Positions 25,913 through 35,051 of a stretch of 54,614 bases of DNA are shown piece after piece. Where the stretch lies: assembly GCA_900556695.1 (NCBI GenBank), contig USQA01000001.1:1-54614 (forward strand), written 5' to 3'. The first letter of the stretch is position 1. Each line of letters begins with the position of its first letter. The notes beneath the pieces were generated by a model that did not search any database, was not told where the DNA came from, and saw only the letters and a list, made by a program, of their open reading frames with translations. Made by a program: the position numbers and the translations under genes. The DNA comes from an uncultured Clostridium sp. (GTDB lineage Bacteria > Bacillota > Clostridia > TANB77 > CAG-508).

Positions 25913-26243
25913 CAAAAAAGATATAAACTTTTGCAAGGAACTTATCAAGCAAGATAGGTTCTTTTTTTATTGCTATTAATTATGCTAGGTAAATTAATAT
26001 AAATGATATTTTTGTTTAGGTATGATCACTCCTTTTAAGATAAAACAGAACTTTCCTAGCGAGTTCTAATTAATATTTATAAGTTGTATGTAGGATATAG
26101 AAAAAACTAATTATCGGTTTTAACATATTAAGTTATGGTTTTAAATGCGACCTGCAACCTAAAAGGACAAAAAACATAGCATCATAAGTAGAATTGGGCT
26201 ACTTTATATCTTACATAGAGCTTATAAAAATGGAGGAAAAAGT

Positions 26244-26501
26244 ATGAACACTATAAAAGAAATACTAAAGAAAAAGAATATAAATACATTTGAAATATAC
26301 TCAAAAGTAATATGTCAAGAATGTAATAATAAAAACAATAATGAAGATTTATGTAAGATAACAAGAAGAACAGACAACACAGTAAAATGTGATAATTATG
26401 AAAGATGTATGCAAAACAAATGTAAAACATGCAAAGTGAATTGTTGGGCAGGCATTACAGCGAAAAGGCATAAACCAATTATGAAAAATATATTAAAATA
26501 A
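26244..26501 (+). CDS. Cys-rich small phage protein
   Basis: 85 aa after a GGAGGAAAAAG RBS. CQECNN...CKTCKVNC. Confidence 0.5.
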   Translation: MNTIKEILKKKNINTFEIYSKVICQECNNKNNNEDLCKITRRTDNTVKCDNYERCMQNKCKTCKVNCWAGITAKRHKPIMKNILK

Positions 26502-26540
26502 AAGTGATATTAAGGTTAAATTTAAACAAAAATAAATAAA

Positions 26541-26560
26541 TTCGCCAAATTTCGACAAAC
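26541..26560 (+). promoter_or_regulatory. tandem TTCGNNAAA motif, copy 2 (start of the packaging/late operon)
   Basis: TTCGCCAAATTTCGACAAAC, followed by TATATTATAAA and the RBS of ORF 26607. Confidence 0.45.
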
Positions 26561-26606
26561 TTTTTTAAAAGATATATTATAAAATATTTTTTAAAAGGAG
26601 GAAAAA

Positions 26607-26882
26607 ATGGAAGAAGAGTTAAAAGATTATTGGAATGTCATAAATACAACAATAATAAATAGTTGTGAAACAAAAGAAGAAATAAATAAGGCTAATGAAA
26701 TTTTGAGCAAACTAAAAAATGAACGTATAGCTATGAATATTCCTGAAATATTAAAAGAAATAGAAAAATTGCAACAAATTGATATTTTAGGTGTTGGAAG
26801 TAATACTATACAAAATTTTAGAACAAAAGAGCAACTTATAAATGCTATAGAGAAAATAAAACAATATTATAGCAATAAATAA
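26607..26882 (+). CDS. hypothetical phage protein
   Basis: 91-aa ORF after an AAAGGAGG RBS. Confidence 0.5.
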   Translation: MEEELKDYWNVINTTIINSCETKEEINKANEILSKLKNERIAMNIPEILKEIEKLQQIDILGVGSNTIQNFRTKEQLINAIEKIKQYYSNK

Positions 26883-26944
26883 AACAATGAGCTTACAATA
26901 GTAGGCTCTTTTATTATGGAGAAAAACATAAAGAAGGTGATTAA

Positions 26945-27286
26945 ATGGCAAATGAGCAAAACTTAAAACCTGTACGAAGCAAGAAGGAAGCAAGAGAAAG
27001 AGGCAAAAAGGGTGGAATAAAATCAGGAGAAGTAAGAGCGCAAAGAAAAACATTAAGACAAGAATTATTATCATTGCTAGAAACTAAAGTAGAAGATAAA
27101 ACAATACAAGAAAAAATAAGTTTTTCGCTTATTCAAGAAGCTTTAAGTGGAAATGTAAAAGCATTTGAAACCATTAGAGATACAATAGGAGAAAAACCAC
27201 AAGATAAAGTTAATATATCTGGAGAAGTTAATAACCCATTTTCAGGAATGTCTACTGAAGAGTTGAGAAAGATATTAAATGAATAG
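26945..27286 (+). CDS. terS: terminase small subunit
   Basis: 113 aa. NLKPVRSKKEARERGKKGGIKSGEVR basic N-terminus typical of small terminases. Overlaps terL. Confidence 0.7.
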   Translation: MANEQNLKPVRSKKEARERGKKGGIKSGEVRAQRKTLRQELLSLLETKVEDKTIQEKISFSLIQEALSGNVKAFETIRDTIGEKPQDKVNISGEVNNPFSGMSTEELRKILNE

Positions 27287-28667
27287 TAATATAAAAGAAG
27301 AATTAAAAAAACAAGCACGTTTGGAATTAGCCAGACGTGATTTTTTTGAGTATTGTAAATTAACTGCACCAGATTTTTATAAAGATGATAGACAGTTTCT
27401 AAAAGATATGTGCCATAAATTACAAGACTTTTACGAAAGTGATGATAGGATTTGTGTAATAAATATGCCACCAAGACATGGAAAATCAAGAACAGCAGGT
27501 AAATTGGTTGAATGGGTATTTGGAAACAATAATAAAGAAAAAGTAATGACAGGTTCATATAATGAAATATTATCAACAACATTTGCAAAATCAGTAAGAG
27601 ATACAATAGCATCGGAAAAGACGGAAGGAATAATAGTATATAACGATGTATTTCCTAATACAAAAATAAAATTTGGCGAATCTAGTGCAAATAAATGGGC
27701 ATTAGATGGAAGTGGACAAGCAAATTATTTAGCAACATCACCAAAAGGAACTGCAACTGGTTTTGGATGTACTTTAATGATAATAGATGACTTAATAAAG
27801 AATGTTGAAGAGGCATACAACGAAAATGTTTTACAAAAACAAATAGACTGGTTTAACAACACAATGCTATCAAGAACAGAAACAGGATTTAAACTAATAA
27901 TTATTATGACAAGATGGTCTAGTAATGACTTGGCAGGTTATATATTAGAAAACTATGACAATGTGAGACATATAAACTATAAAGCAGTTCAAGAAGATGG
28001 ATCAATGTTGTGTGAGGTAATATTAAACAAAGAAGACTATAAATTAAAAACTAAAAATATGAACAAAGACATTATATATGCTAACTATCAACAAGAACCA
28101 ATAGATGTAAAGAATAGATTATATACAACATTTAAAACTTATGAAAAATTACCACCAGCACATTATGTCATGAATTATACAGATACTGCAGATGAAGGAA
28201 CGGATTATTTATGTTCAATAGATTATCAGATGTATAACAATGAATATTACATTTTGGAGGTTATTTATACACAAGAGTCAATGGAAATAACAGAACCAGC
28301 AGTAGCAAAAATGCTGACAAAGGATAATGTTGGAAATGCAAATATAGAAAGTAATAATGGTGGACGAGGATTTGCAAGGAACGTACAAAAAGAACTAAAG
28401 GAGTTAAAAAATACTCACACAAAAGTAAATTGGTTTCATCAAGGAGAAAACAAAGTTGCAAGAATATTAAGCAACTCAACAGGAGTAATGAATAATATTT
28501 ATTTCCCAATAAACTGGGAAGATAGATGGCCAGAATTTGCTAAACATTTAAAACATTATGTGAGAACTGGGAAAAACGAACATGATGATGCTGAAGATTG
28601 CTTAACGGGAGTTTATGAACACCCAAGACCAAACACAATACAATTTGGTTATAACAATATAATGTAA
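27279..28667 (+). CDS. terL: terminase large subunit
   Basis: 462 aa. Walker A-like MPPRHGKSRTAGK, Walker B LMIIDDL, and a C-terminal nuclease region with HDDAEDC. Confidence 0.9.
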   Translation: MNSNIKEELKKQARLELARRDFFEYCKLTAPDFYKDDRQFLKDMCHKLQDFYESDDRICVINMPPRHGKSRTAGKLVEWVFGNNNKEKVMTGSYNEILSTTFAKSVRDTIASEKTEGIIVYNDVFPNTKIKFGESSANKWALDGSGQANYLATSPKGTATGFGCTLMIIDDLIKNVEEAYNENVLQKQIDWFNNTMLSRTETGFKLIIIMTRWSSNDLAGYILENYDNVRHINYKAVQEDGSMLCEVILNKEDYKLKTKNMNKDIIYANYQQEPIDVKNRLYTTFKTYEKLPPAHYVMNYTDTADEGTDYLCSIDYQMYNNEYYILEVIYTQESMEITEPAVAKMLTKDNVGNANIESNNGGRGFARNVQKELKELKNTHTKVNWFHQGENKVARILSNSTGVMNNIYFPINWEDRWPEFAKHLKHYVRTGKNEHDDAEDCLTGVYEHPRPNTIQFGYNNIM

Positions 28668-28679
28668 AGGAGAAAGAAA

Positions 28680-30311
28680 ATGAGTTTTGTAGAAAAAATA
28701 CAATATAAAGATGAGTTTTTAAGTGAAAAAAATATAAACCAAAATATAAGTATATTATGGGGGAAAGCATTGCCAATATTTATGCATAGAAAATACTTAC
28801 AAGATAGATTTACAAGAAAGTATGATAAAAAAGACGTTGTTGTTGCACTTGAATATTATATAAGTATTATTGCAGCTGGTTATTTTGGAGGAAAAGAGCC
28901 ACAGTTTAAAGTTAAAAATATAAATAAAACACAAAAAAACATTTTAAAAAACATATTTAATAAAATATATGGAGATAAAAATAAACCAGAAGATTATCAA
29001 GCTATCATTGATTATATTACTAAATATAATGACAATGGTAGTTTTTTTTATGATTGTGTATTAGATTATATTACTACAGGTGCATGTTATGGTCTTTTGT
29101 ATGAAAATCATGATAATGAGGTTGTTTATGCAAATACTTCAAGTCTTAATACTGTGGCTATATGGAATTATGAAGTACCTAGCGCAAAAGTTGGATTATT
29201 GAGATGCTGGTACGAGAATACAGCAACAGGTGGAATAGAAACACACTTGGAAATAATAACAAAAGACTATAAAAAAGAATTTGTAGATGGAGAAGAAAAG
29301 AAAACAATCACGGAAAATGCTGAATATAAGTTTGAGGAAGTAAGTGGTAGTAATAAAACTGTAAGATGGACAGACTTACCATGTTTTGCTGTAGAAAATC
29401 CTTATGGAATGGCCTTTTTCGAGAATGTTATGACACTTATAAACAAAAATGAAAAAGTAATTGAAAACAATGCTAATATATTTGATTATAATGACAATGC
29501 AAAATTGAAAGTAACGGGATTTTCACCAACGAATGATCCTCTAATACCATTGCTTGATGATGAAGGAAAAGAACAAAAAGACAAGAATGGAAATATAGTA
29601 ATGACTAAAAATCCTGCAAGAGTACAAGAGGATGAAGCAGTTTTAAATGCAAAGGTATTTTATACTCCAGACAAAGATGGAGATATTGATTGGATAATAA
29701 AAAATATAAACGATACAGCATCAGAAAATCATAAAAAAACATGCTTAGACACGGCACTTATGATTTCTGGAGTACCAAATGTAACTGACCAAGGTTTTAC
29801 TAATGCGGATAATGCTGCAGCTTTGGAAAAGAAGTTTTTCCCATTAGAACAAGTATTGCAACAAGCACACCATTTATTTAAAAAAGAATATTTAAGAATG
29901 TGGGAAATGATAACAATGAGAATAAACTTAAAAAAGAATAAGAATTATGATTTTAGAGATATTGAGGTTATTTTAACTCGTAATTTACCTACAGATACAC
30001 AAAGCGTCACAGATATATGGCTAAAATTAAGAGGACTAATCAGTGATAAAAGCGTTATAAATCATTTACCATTTGATCTTGATGCAGAATCAGAAATTAC
30101 AGAAGTATACGCACAAAACGAAGAAAATATTCAAAAGAATTTACAACAAATGCAAATGATGGGACAAGCTGGAGTAGACCAAGACAATAAAGAAGATAAA
30201 AAAGATGATAAAGTGACAGATTTAACAGATACACAAAAAGCACAAAAATTAACAGCGGATAACAAGAAAGAGCAAACAAAATTAGTTAATAAGCAAATCA
30301 ATAAAGAATAG
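28680..30311 (+). CDS. portal protein (SPP1 gp6-like)
   Basis: 543 aa immediately after terL, with an acidic/Lys-rich C-terminal tail. Confidence 0.8.
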   Translation: MSFVEKIQYKDEFLSEKNINQNISILWGKALPIFMHRKYLQDRFTRKYDKKDVVVALEYYISIIAAGYFGGKEPQFKVKNINKTQKNILKNIFNKIYGDKNKPEDYQAIIDYITKYNDNGSFFYDCVLDYITTGACYGLLYENHDNEVVYANTSSLNTVAIWNYEVPSAKVGLLRCWYENTATGGIETHLEIITKDYKKEFVDGEEKKTITENAEYKFEEVSGSNKTVRWTDLPCFAVENPYGMAFFENVMTLINKNEKVIENNANIFDYNDNAKLKVTGFSPTNDPLIPLLDDEGKEQKDKNGNIVMTKNPARVQEDEAVLNAKVFYTPDKDGDIDWIIKNINDTASENHKKTCLDTALMISGVPNVTDQGFTNADNAAALEKKFFPLEQVLQQAHHLFKKEYLRMWEMITMRINLKKNKNYDFRDIEVILTRNLPTDTQSVTDIWLKLRGLISDKSVINHLPFDLDAESEITEVYAQNEENIQKNLQQMQMMGQAGVDQDNKEDKKDDKVTDLTDTQKAQKLTADNKKEQTKLVNKQINKE

Positions 30312-30321
30312 AGGAATATAA

Positions 30322-30594
30322 ATGAAATATAGAAAAATTCCAATAGAAATAGAAGCATTTAGATTAGGAATAGATTTTATTCCAGACTGGTTTATGGATA
30401 AAGTATCAAGTAATAAAATTATATTACATGGAAAATCAACAGGTTTTCAACATTATGATGATACTAATGCCGATATACAAACATTAGAAGGAGTTATGCA
30501 TGCGAATTACGGAGATTATATAATAAAAGGAATACAAGGTGAGATATATCCATGTAAACCAGAAATATTTAAGAATACTTATGAAAGGGTTTAA
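30322..30594 (+). CDS. small phage protein (PGDYG-like C-terminus)
   Basis: 90 aa with GDYIIKGIQGEIYPCKPEIFKNTYE. Confidence 0.45.
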   Translation: MKYRKIPIEIEAFRLGIDFIPDWFMDKVSSNKIILHGKSTGFQHYDDTNADIQTLEGVMHANYGDYIIKGIQGEIYPCKPEIFKNTYERV

Positions 30595-30595
30595 T

Positions 30596-32236
30596 ATGAA
30601 CATATGGAATTATCACGATACAAAAATGCAAGAATTAAAACAACTATATAATAAAATATCAAAACAAACACAGAACAGACTTCAGGAAATCTTTGATACA
30701 TTTAATTTTACAACCGAAAACATCTATAATGTTGCAGATAATAAGACTAAAAAAAGAATAAACACATATATAGAACAATGGAAAGAACAAGGATTATTAA
30801 AGAATAACAACTATTTTAGTGTATTAGCAAACAATATTTATAAAAGAACAAGAGTAAAGAATAGTGAAATATTAGAATTGCTTATTTATAGTACATATAT
30901 AGAAGAGCAAAACAAACTTGAAGAACAAGAAAAACAGATAATGTATGAAGATGCCAATTATTACTATGAACAAGGACAAAAAGAAGTAAATAAAAAGAAA
31001 AAGCCATCAATATTAGCGATGGCTTTATTTCTTGCATTATTAGACCAACCAAATTACAGTGGCTTTAATTGGAAACAATATATTGAAGCAACAATGCAGT
31101 ATAATGCACAACAAATATACAAACAAGCAATTCTAAATATGCAACAACAAAAAAAACTAGAAATCGATTCTAGTGAGTTTCAAACAATAATAAATAGACA
31201 AAAAAATCAAAAACTTAATATAAATAATGACAAGATATCAGGTGCGGTAGATATGCAAATGATTGGACTAAATAATTTAGCAAAAGTGGAAGGAATAAAA
31301 GAAACAACAGAAGATAATTCAAAAGTTAGATTTATTGCAGTAGAAGATGATAAAACTACTTTGATGTGTGATAGTTTAAATAATCAAGAGTTTTATATTA
31401 ACAAAGAAAATGCATTTGACAGATATTATGGTGAGACACAAAAAGAATTAACAGTACAAAGAATTAGATGCAATGGATTAGTACTAGGCTTAAATCTCCC
31501 ACCAATACAACATCACTTTCACTATTGTAGAAGTACAATTGTGTATAATTCTAATAATGATCATATTGAGTTAGAAACAGAAAAACAATTTAATATATTT
31601 GATACAAAATTTGAAAAAGATATAAAAGAAAAATACAATATTAGAAAAATGAATACAAGGCATATAGATAAAGAAGTTTTAAAAGAATTATTAAACAATA
31701 TGAGTAGAGTATATAATGATTTTCCAAATATAAGAGGAAAGATTAAAGAAATAAAAGAAATAGACCATCCAAATGGTGGACTAGCAGTAGAATTACAAAA
31801 AGATGGAACATATGTAATGTATATAAATAAAAATAAATTTTATAATGGTAAAGTTCCAAAACAATTATATGAAATGGATGTTAAGAAGCATTTTCATCCT
31901 AATAACACAACTTATAAAGATATGTCAATACATGAAACAGGACATATAGCAGTAACAGAAATAATAAAAAAATTAAATCATAACAATAATAATGCAATAG
32001 TTTTTGATAGCGAAAATAATATAACAGTAAATAAAATATTAAATAAAGCCTTGAATAAAATAGGTGTAAATGATATAAAAGAAAAAGATTTACTAATAAG
32101 AAATATTTCAGGATATGCATATAAAGAAAGAGGACAAGAAATTATTGCAGAAGCATTTGCAGATTATTATGCTAATAAACAAAATGCTTCATTAATGAGC
32201 AAAAACATAATAGAAGTTATGAAAGGAATGATTTAA
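30596..32236 (+). CDS. MuF / SPP1 gp7-family minor head protein fused to a C-terminal HExxH zincin-like domain
   Basis: ATG 30596 directly follows the upstream stop. MuF signature LNLPPIQHHFHYCRSTIV. An extra C-terminal region of about 200 aa carries HETGH (31931-31945) and the downstream EIIAEAFADYY (gluzincin-like third ligand). Confidence 0.75.
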   Translation: MNIWNYHDTKMQELKQLYNKISKQTQNRLQEIFDTFNFTTENIYNVADNKTKKRINTYIEQWKEQGLLKNNNYFSVLANNIYKRTRVKNSEILELLIYSTYIEEQNKLEEQEKQIMYEDANYYYEQGQKEVNKKKKPSILAMALFLALLDQPNYSGFNWKQYIEATMQYNAQQIYKQAILNMQQQKKLEIDSSEFQTIINRQKNQKLNINNDKISGAVDMQMIGLNNLAKVEGIKETTEDNSKVRFIAVEDDKTTLMCDSLNNQEFYINKENAFDRYYGETQKELTVQRIRCNGLVLGLNLPPIQHHFHYCRSTIVYNSNNDHIELETEKQFNIFDTKFEKDIKEKYNIRKMNTRHIDKEVLKELLNNMSRVYNDFPNIRGKIKEIKEIDHPNGGLAVELQKDGTYVMYINKNKFYNGKVPKQLYEMDVKKHFHPNNTTYKDMSIHETGHIAVTEIIKKLNHNNNNAIVFDSENNITVNKILNKALNKIGVNDIKEKDLLIRNISGYAYKERGQEIIAEAFADYYANKQNASLMSKNIIEVMKGMI

Positions 32237-32237
32237 T

Positions 32238-32393
32238 ATGATGCCTATGGAACACCCTTGGACAGATTGGCAAATAGATACATTAGGAGAAGAAAAACCT
32301 TGGAAATGGAAAGAAAATACACCAAAAGAAATAATAAAGCAATATGAAAAATGGAAAAAATATCATAATAAAATGATAAAAGGTAAATTTTAG
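32238..32393 (+). CDS. small Trp/Lys-rich protein (51 aa), candidate immunity/partner of the MuF C-terminal domain
   Basis: ATG 2 nt after the MuF stop. MMPMEHPWTDWQIDTLGEEKPWKWKENTPKEIIKQYEKWKKYHNKMIKGKF. Followed by a terminator. Confidence 0.4.
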   Translation: MMPMEHPWTDWQIDTLGEEKPWKWKENTPKEIIKQYEKWKKYHNKMIKGKF

Positions 32394-32418
32394 CACTTAC
32401 TAGCAAGTAGGTGCTTTT
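32392..32418 (+). terminator. intrinsic terminator
   Basis: AGCACTTAC / GTAGGTGCT stem plus Ts. Nearly the same stem sequence as the terminator at 38084. Confidence 0.65.
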
Positions 32419-32441
32419 ATTATGGAAAGAAGGTGGAAAAT

Positions 32442-32546
32442 ATGTATATAAATCCATTTTGGTGTGGAGTAATAGCTACAATATTAACAGAATTAACAGG
32501 AATAATAGGATATGCAATATATCTTAGTATTAAAAAAAATAAATAA
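32442..32546 (+). CDS. small membrane peptide (34 aa)
   Basis: AAGGTGGAAAA RBS then ATG 32442. MYINPFWCGVIATILTELTGIIGYAIYLSIKKNK. Confidence 0.45.
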   Translation: MYINPFWCGVIATILTELTGIIGYAIYLSIKKNK

Positions 32547-32575
32547 GTTATTAACATTTTATAATTATAAATTTT

Positions 32576-32601
32576 TAGACGTAGACGTACGTCTATTTTT
32601 T
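32576..32601 (+). terminator. hairpin/terminator containing the 14-bp palindrome TAGACGTACGTCTA
   Basis: TAGACGTA...TACGTCTA followed by TTTTTT. Confidence 0.6.
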
Positions 32602-32650
32602 ATGCCTTTTTACTGATTGCAGGCTATAAAGAACAACAGAATACAAATTC

Positions 32651-32682
32651 GCAATGGCTGGGGCTTAGGCAATGGCTGGGGC
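32651..32682 (+). repeat. two perfect 14-bp direct repeats, GCAATGGCTGGGGC
   Basis: Copies at 32651-32664 and 32669-32682. GC-rich, in the leader of the scaffold gene. Confidence 0.85.
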
Positions 32683-32696
32683 AAAAGGAGTAGAAA

Positions 32697-33263
32697 ATGG
32701 AAGAACAAGATAATAATTCAAACAATGCTAATACTGGGGCAAATAATGAACCAGCGGGAGCAAATAACCAAAATGCAGGAACAAATAATAACCCTGTAAC
32801 ATTTGATGATTTCTTGAAAGATGGAAAAAATCAAGCAGAATTTGATAAAAGAGTTCAAAAAGCTATAAATACAGCCAAAACAAATTGGGAAGAAATAATG
32901 AACAGCGAAAAAAGTGAGGCTGAAAAATTAGCTAAAATGAACAAAGAGCAAAAGCTTGAATATCAAGCACAAAAAGAAAGAACAGACAAAGAAAAAGCAC
33001 TTGCAGAATTAAATGCTTATAAATTAAAAGAACAAGCAACAAGAATAGCAAGTGAAAAAGGGTTGGACATATCGTTATTGACTTTTTTTAATTTTGAAAC
33101 AGTAAAAGCAGAAGAAATTAATTCAAAAATAGAAGAAGTTTCAAATGCTTTTAATAAGGCTGTTGAAAAAGTAGTAAACGAAAGGCTAAAAGAAGATACT
33201 CCAACCCAAAAGTTAGGTATTGATAATGAAAAAAATAAATCAATAGCTAGATCAAGTTATTAA
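32697..33263 (+). CDS. head scaffolding protein
   Basis: 188 aa, helical and charged, with an Asn-rich N-terminus. Positioned directly before the major capsid gene. Confidence 0.7.
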   Translation: MEEQDNNSNNANTGANNEPAGANNQNAGTNNNPVTFDDFLKDGKNQAEFDKRVQKAINTAKTNWEEIMNSEKSEAEKLAKMNKEQKLEYQAQKERTDKEKALAELNAYKLKEQATRIASEKGLDISLLTFFNFETVKAEEINSKIEEVSNAFNKAVEKVVNERLKEDTPTQKLGIDNEKNKSIARSSY

Positions 33264-33282
33264 AAAATAGGAGGAATTAAAA

Positions 33283-34398
33283 ATGGGAGAAATTACACAA
33301 GAAGCATTAAATATAATGCTACAAGATGGAAAAACAAAGGATAATTTAAAACAAGTATTAAGCGGAGTACTAGAAAACGTTGCTTCAAGAGCAGTATCAG
33401 AACAAATAAAAGCTAAAAATGGTTCTGGAAACCCAGAAGGTGGAGTAGTTGAATATAAAAGATTTGTAAATGCAGAATTAAAAGATAAAGGTACTGCAAG
33501 AGCTGCTGGAAAAGGTGATAAAGTAAAAGCTAAACCAGTAAAAGTTGTTATTGATACAGATAAAGAAATTGTAGAAGAATTACAAGGGAAAGACGTAAAA
33601 CTTTACGGCATTGATGGCATGGCTGAAAAAAGAAAAGTAAATCATCAATCAGCTATTATAAGATACTTAGATAGAGAGTTTTTCGCAAAAGTATTAGAAG
33701 GAACAGAAGTTTCTGCAAAAGATAATATACAAGATACAATTGATACTCTATTACAAAAAGCAAGAGCTTTAAGAAATGACTTTATTGATGGAATAGAATC
33801 AGATTTATTAGTTATTGTTGTAGATAGTGAATACAGAAAAGGAATGAAGAAAATTCTTGATGATTTACCAAATGGAACAGATCCAAAAGAACAAGCAATT
33901 GGTATGTATGACTCTGTTAGAGTTTATGAGTCAACAAGATTACCAGATGGTGTAAAAGCTGTTGTAATGATGGATGGGGCTATCGCTCAACCTTTCTATG
34001 TTTCAGAGTATGGAGCAGAAAAAGTACCATTTGATGATGCTGTAGCATTGGAAGATTTCTTGTATAAAGGAACAGAAGCATTAATGGAAGATACTATATT
34101 CTATGTAACAGATGCTTCACTTAAAACTTTAAATGTAACATCAGAAGAAGGAACGTCAACTGGAAAAACTAAAATAACTGTTACACCGGCTTTAACTTCT
34201 GGAAATAGCTATAAATATAAAGCAGCAGCTAATCCAACAATGCCAGGATATGATGCAGTTTGCACATCTGGATACACAGCTTGGAATGGAACAGACGAAA
34301 TCACAGCAACAACTGGACAAAAAATAGTAATTGTCGAAGTTGATTCAGCAAATAAGGCTAAAAAAGCAGGAATAGCAACAATTGCTTCAATGGCCTAG
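33283..34398 (+). CDS. major capsid protein with C-terminal Ig-like decoration domain
   Basis: 371 aa after an AGGAGGA RBS. Position and size fit. C-terminal LKTLNVTSEEGTSTGKTKITVTP... is Big_2-like. Confidence 0.8.
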   Translation: MGEITQEALNIMLQDGKTKDNLKQVLSGVLENVASRAVSEQIKAKNGSGNPEGGVVEYKRFVNAELKDKGTARAAGKGDKVKAKPVKVVIDTDKEIVEELQGKDVKLYGIDGMAEKRKVNHQSAIIRYLDREFFAKVLEGTEVSAKDNIQDTIDTLLQKARALRNDFIDGIESDLLVIVVDSEYRKGMKKILDDLPNGTDPKEQAIGMYDSVRVYESTRLPDGVKAVVMMDGAIAQPFYVSEYGAEKVPFDDAVALEDFLYKGTEALMEDTIFYVTDASLKTLNVTSEEGTSTGKTKITVTPALTSGNSYKYKAAANPTMPGYDAVCTSGYTAWNGTDEITATTGQKIVIVEVDSANKAKKAGIATIASMA

Positions 34399-34416
34399 AA
34401 ATAGGAGGCAATAGAA

Positions 34417-34722
34417 GTGACAGAAACCAGTAATATAAATAAAATAATAGCTGATTTAGGAGCTAATTATAAAGACGATGAAGAAGTTCTAATTGAAATA
34501 TTCGAGGAAGTAAGTTCTATTGCCTCTGATATTTCTAATAGACCAGAAGATGATATAAAATTATTTCCACATATAAAAAAAGCTGTAAAGGCAATATATT
34601 TATCAAGAGGTTCAGAAGGATTAACAAATCGCAGTGAAGGTTCTATTTCAAGTTCGTTTGAAGATGTTATAGATAAATTAAGAAATAACATTATAAAAAC
34701 TGGTTTAAGGAGGTTACCTTAA
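34417..34722 (+). CDS. head-tail connector (gp6-like DNA-packaging/connector protein)
   Basis: 101 aa with a GTG start after AGGAGG. Assigned from position and size. Confidence 0.55.
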   Translation: MTETSNINKIIADLGANYKDDEEVLIEIFEEVSSIASDISNRPEDDIKLFPHIKKAVKAIYLSRGSEGLTNRSEGSISSSFEDVIDKLRNNIIKTGLRRLP

Positions 34723-35051
34723 TGTTATTACGTGATTTAACAAAAGTATATATATCAGAATATGAAGAAATGGAAGACCACGGTGAACCAAATCAAGTAT
34801 GGAAATATAAAGGAATTGCTTGGTTAAACATGCAAAATGATGTAAATGAGTTAGATAGAAAATCTACTGGTGAGATTGATTATAGTACATACAAAGGTCG
34901 TACGACTAGAGATTATAATATACAAAAAGGCGATGGAATATCATTTGAGGATATCTCAAAATCAGAGGAGTTCAAACCTCAATATAAGGTAACTGATAAA
35001 AATAAAATCGGAAGTACTTATGTATATATATGTGAGAAGGTGCAAAAATGA
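34722..35051 (+). CDS. head-closure / head-tail adaptor protein
   Basis: 109 aa with overlapping starts and stops within the connector module. Confidence 0.55.
   Translation: MLLRDLTKVYISEYEEMEDHGEPNQVWKYKGIAWLNMQNDVNELDRKSTGEIDYSTYKGRTTRDYNIQKGDGISFEDISKSEEFKPQYKVTDKNKIGSTYVYICEKVQK

Noticed and set aside
25770-25952. Full 60-aa version of the minus-strand ORF in the toxin locus.
   Set aside because: The upstream ATG has no RBS and lies upstream of the predicted promoter -10. The internal ATG 25835 has a good RBS and yields the 21-aa hydrophobic peptide.
25868-25957. Plus-strand 29-aa hydrophilic ORF (MEEQKHYTTTQTNNQQKRYKLLQGTYQAR) with an apparently perfect AAGGAGGT RBS.
   Set aside because: It was kept only as an alternative reading of the locus. 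The RBS is the reverse complement of the anti-SD element of the toxin 5' UTR, no convincing plus-strand promoter precedes it, and it overlaps the toxin promoter. It cannot be excluded without expression data.
32617-32799. 60-aa plus-strand ORF covering the GCAATGGCTGGGGC repeats (it would encode NGWGLGNGWGK).
   Set aside because: It has no RBS, overlaps the well-supported scaffold gene start in another frame, and is more simply explained as non-coding leader with direct repeats.
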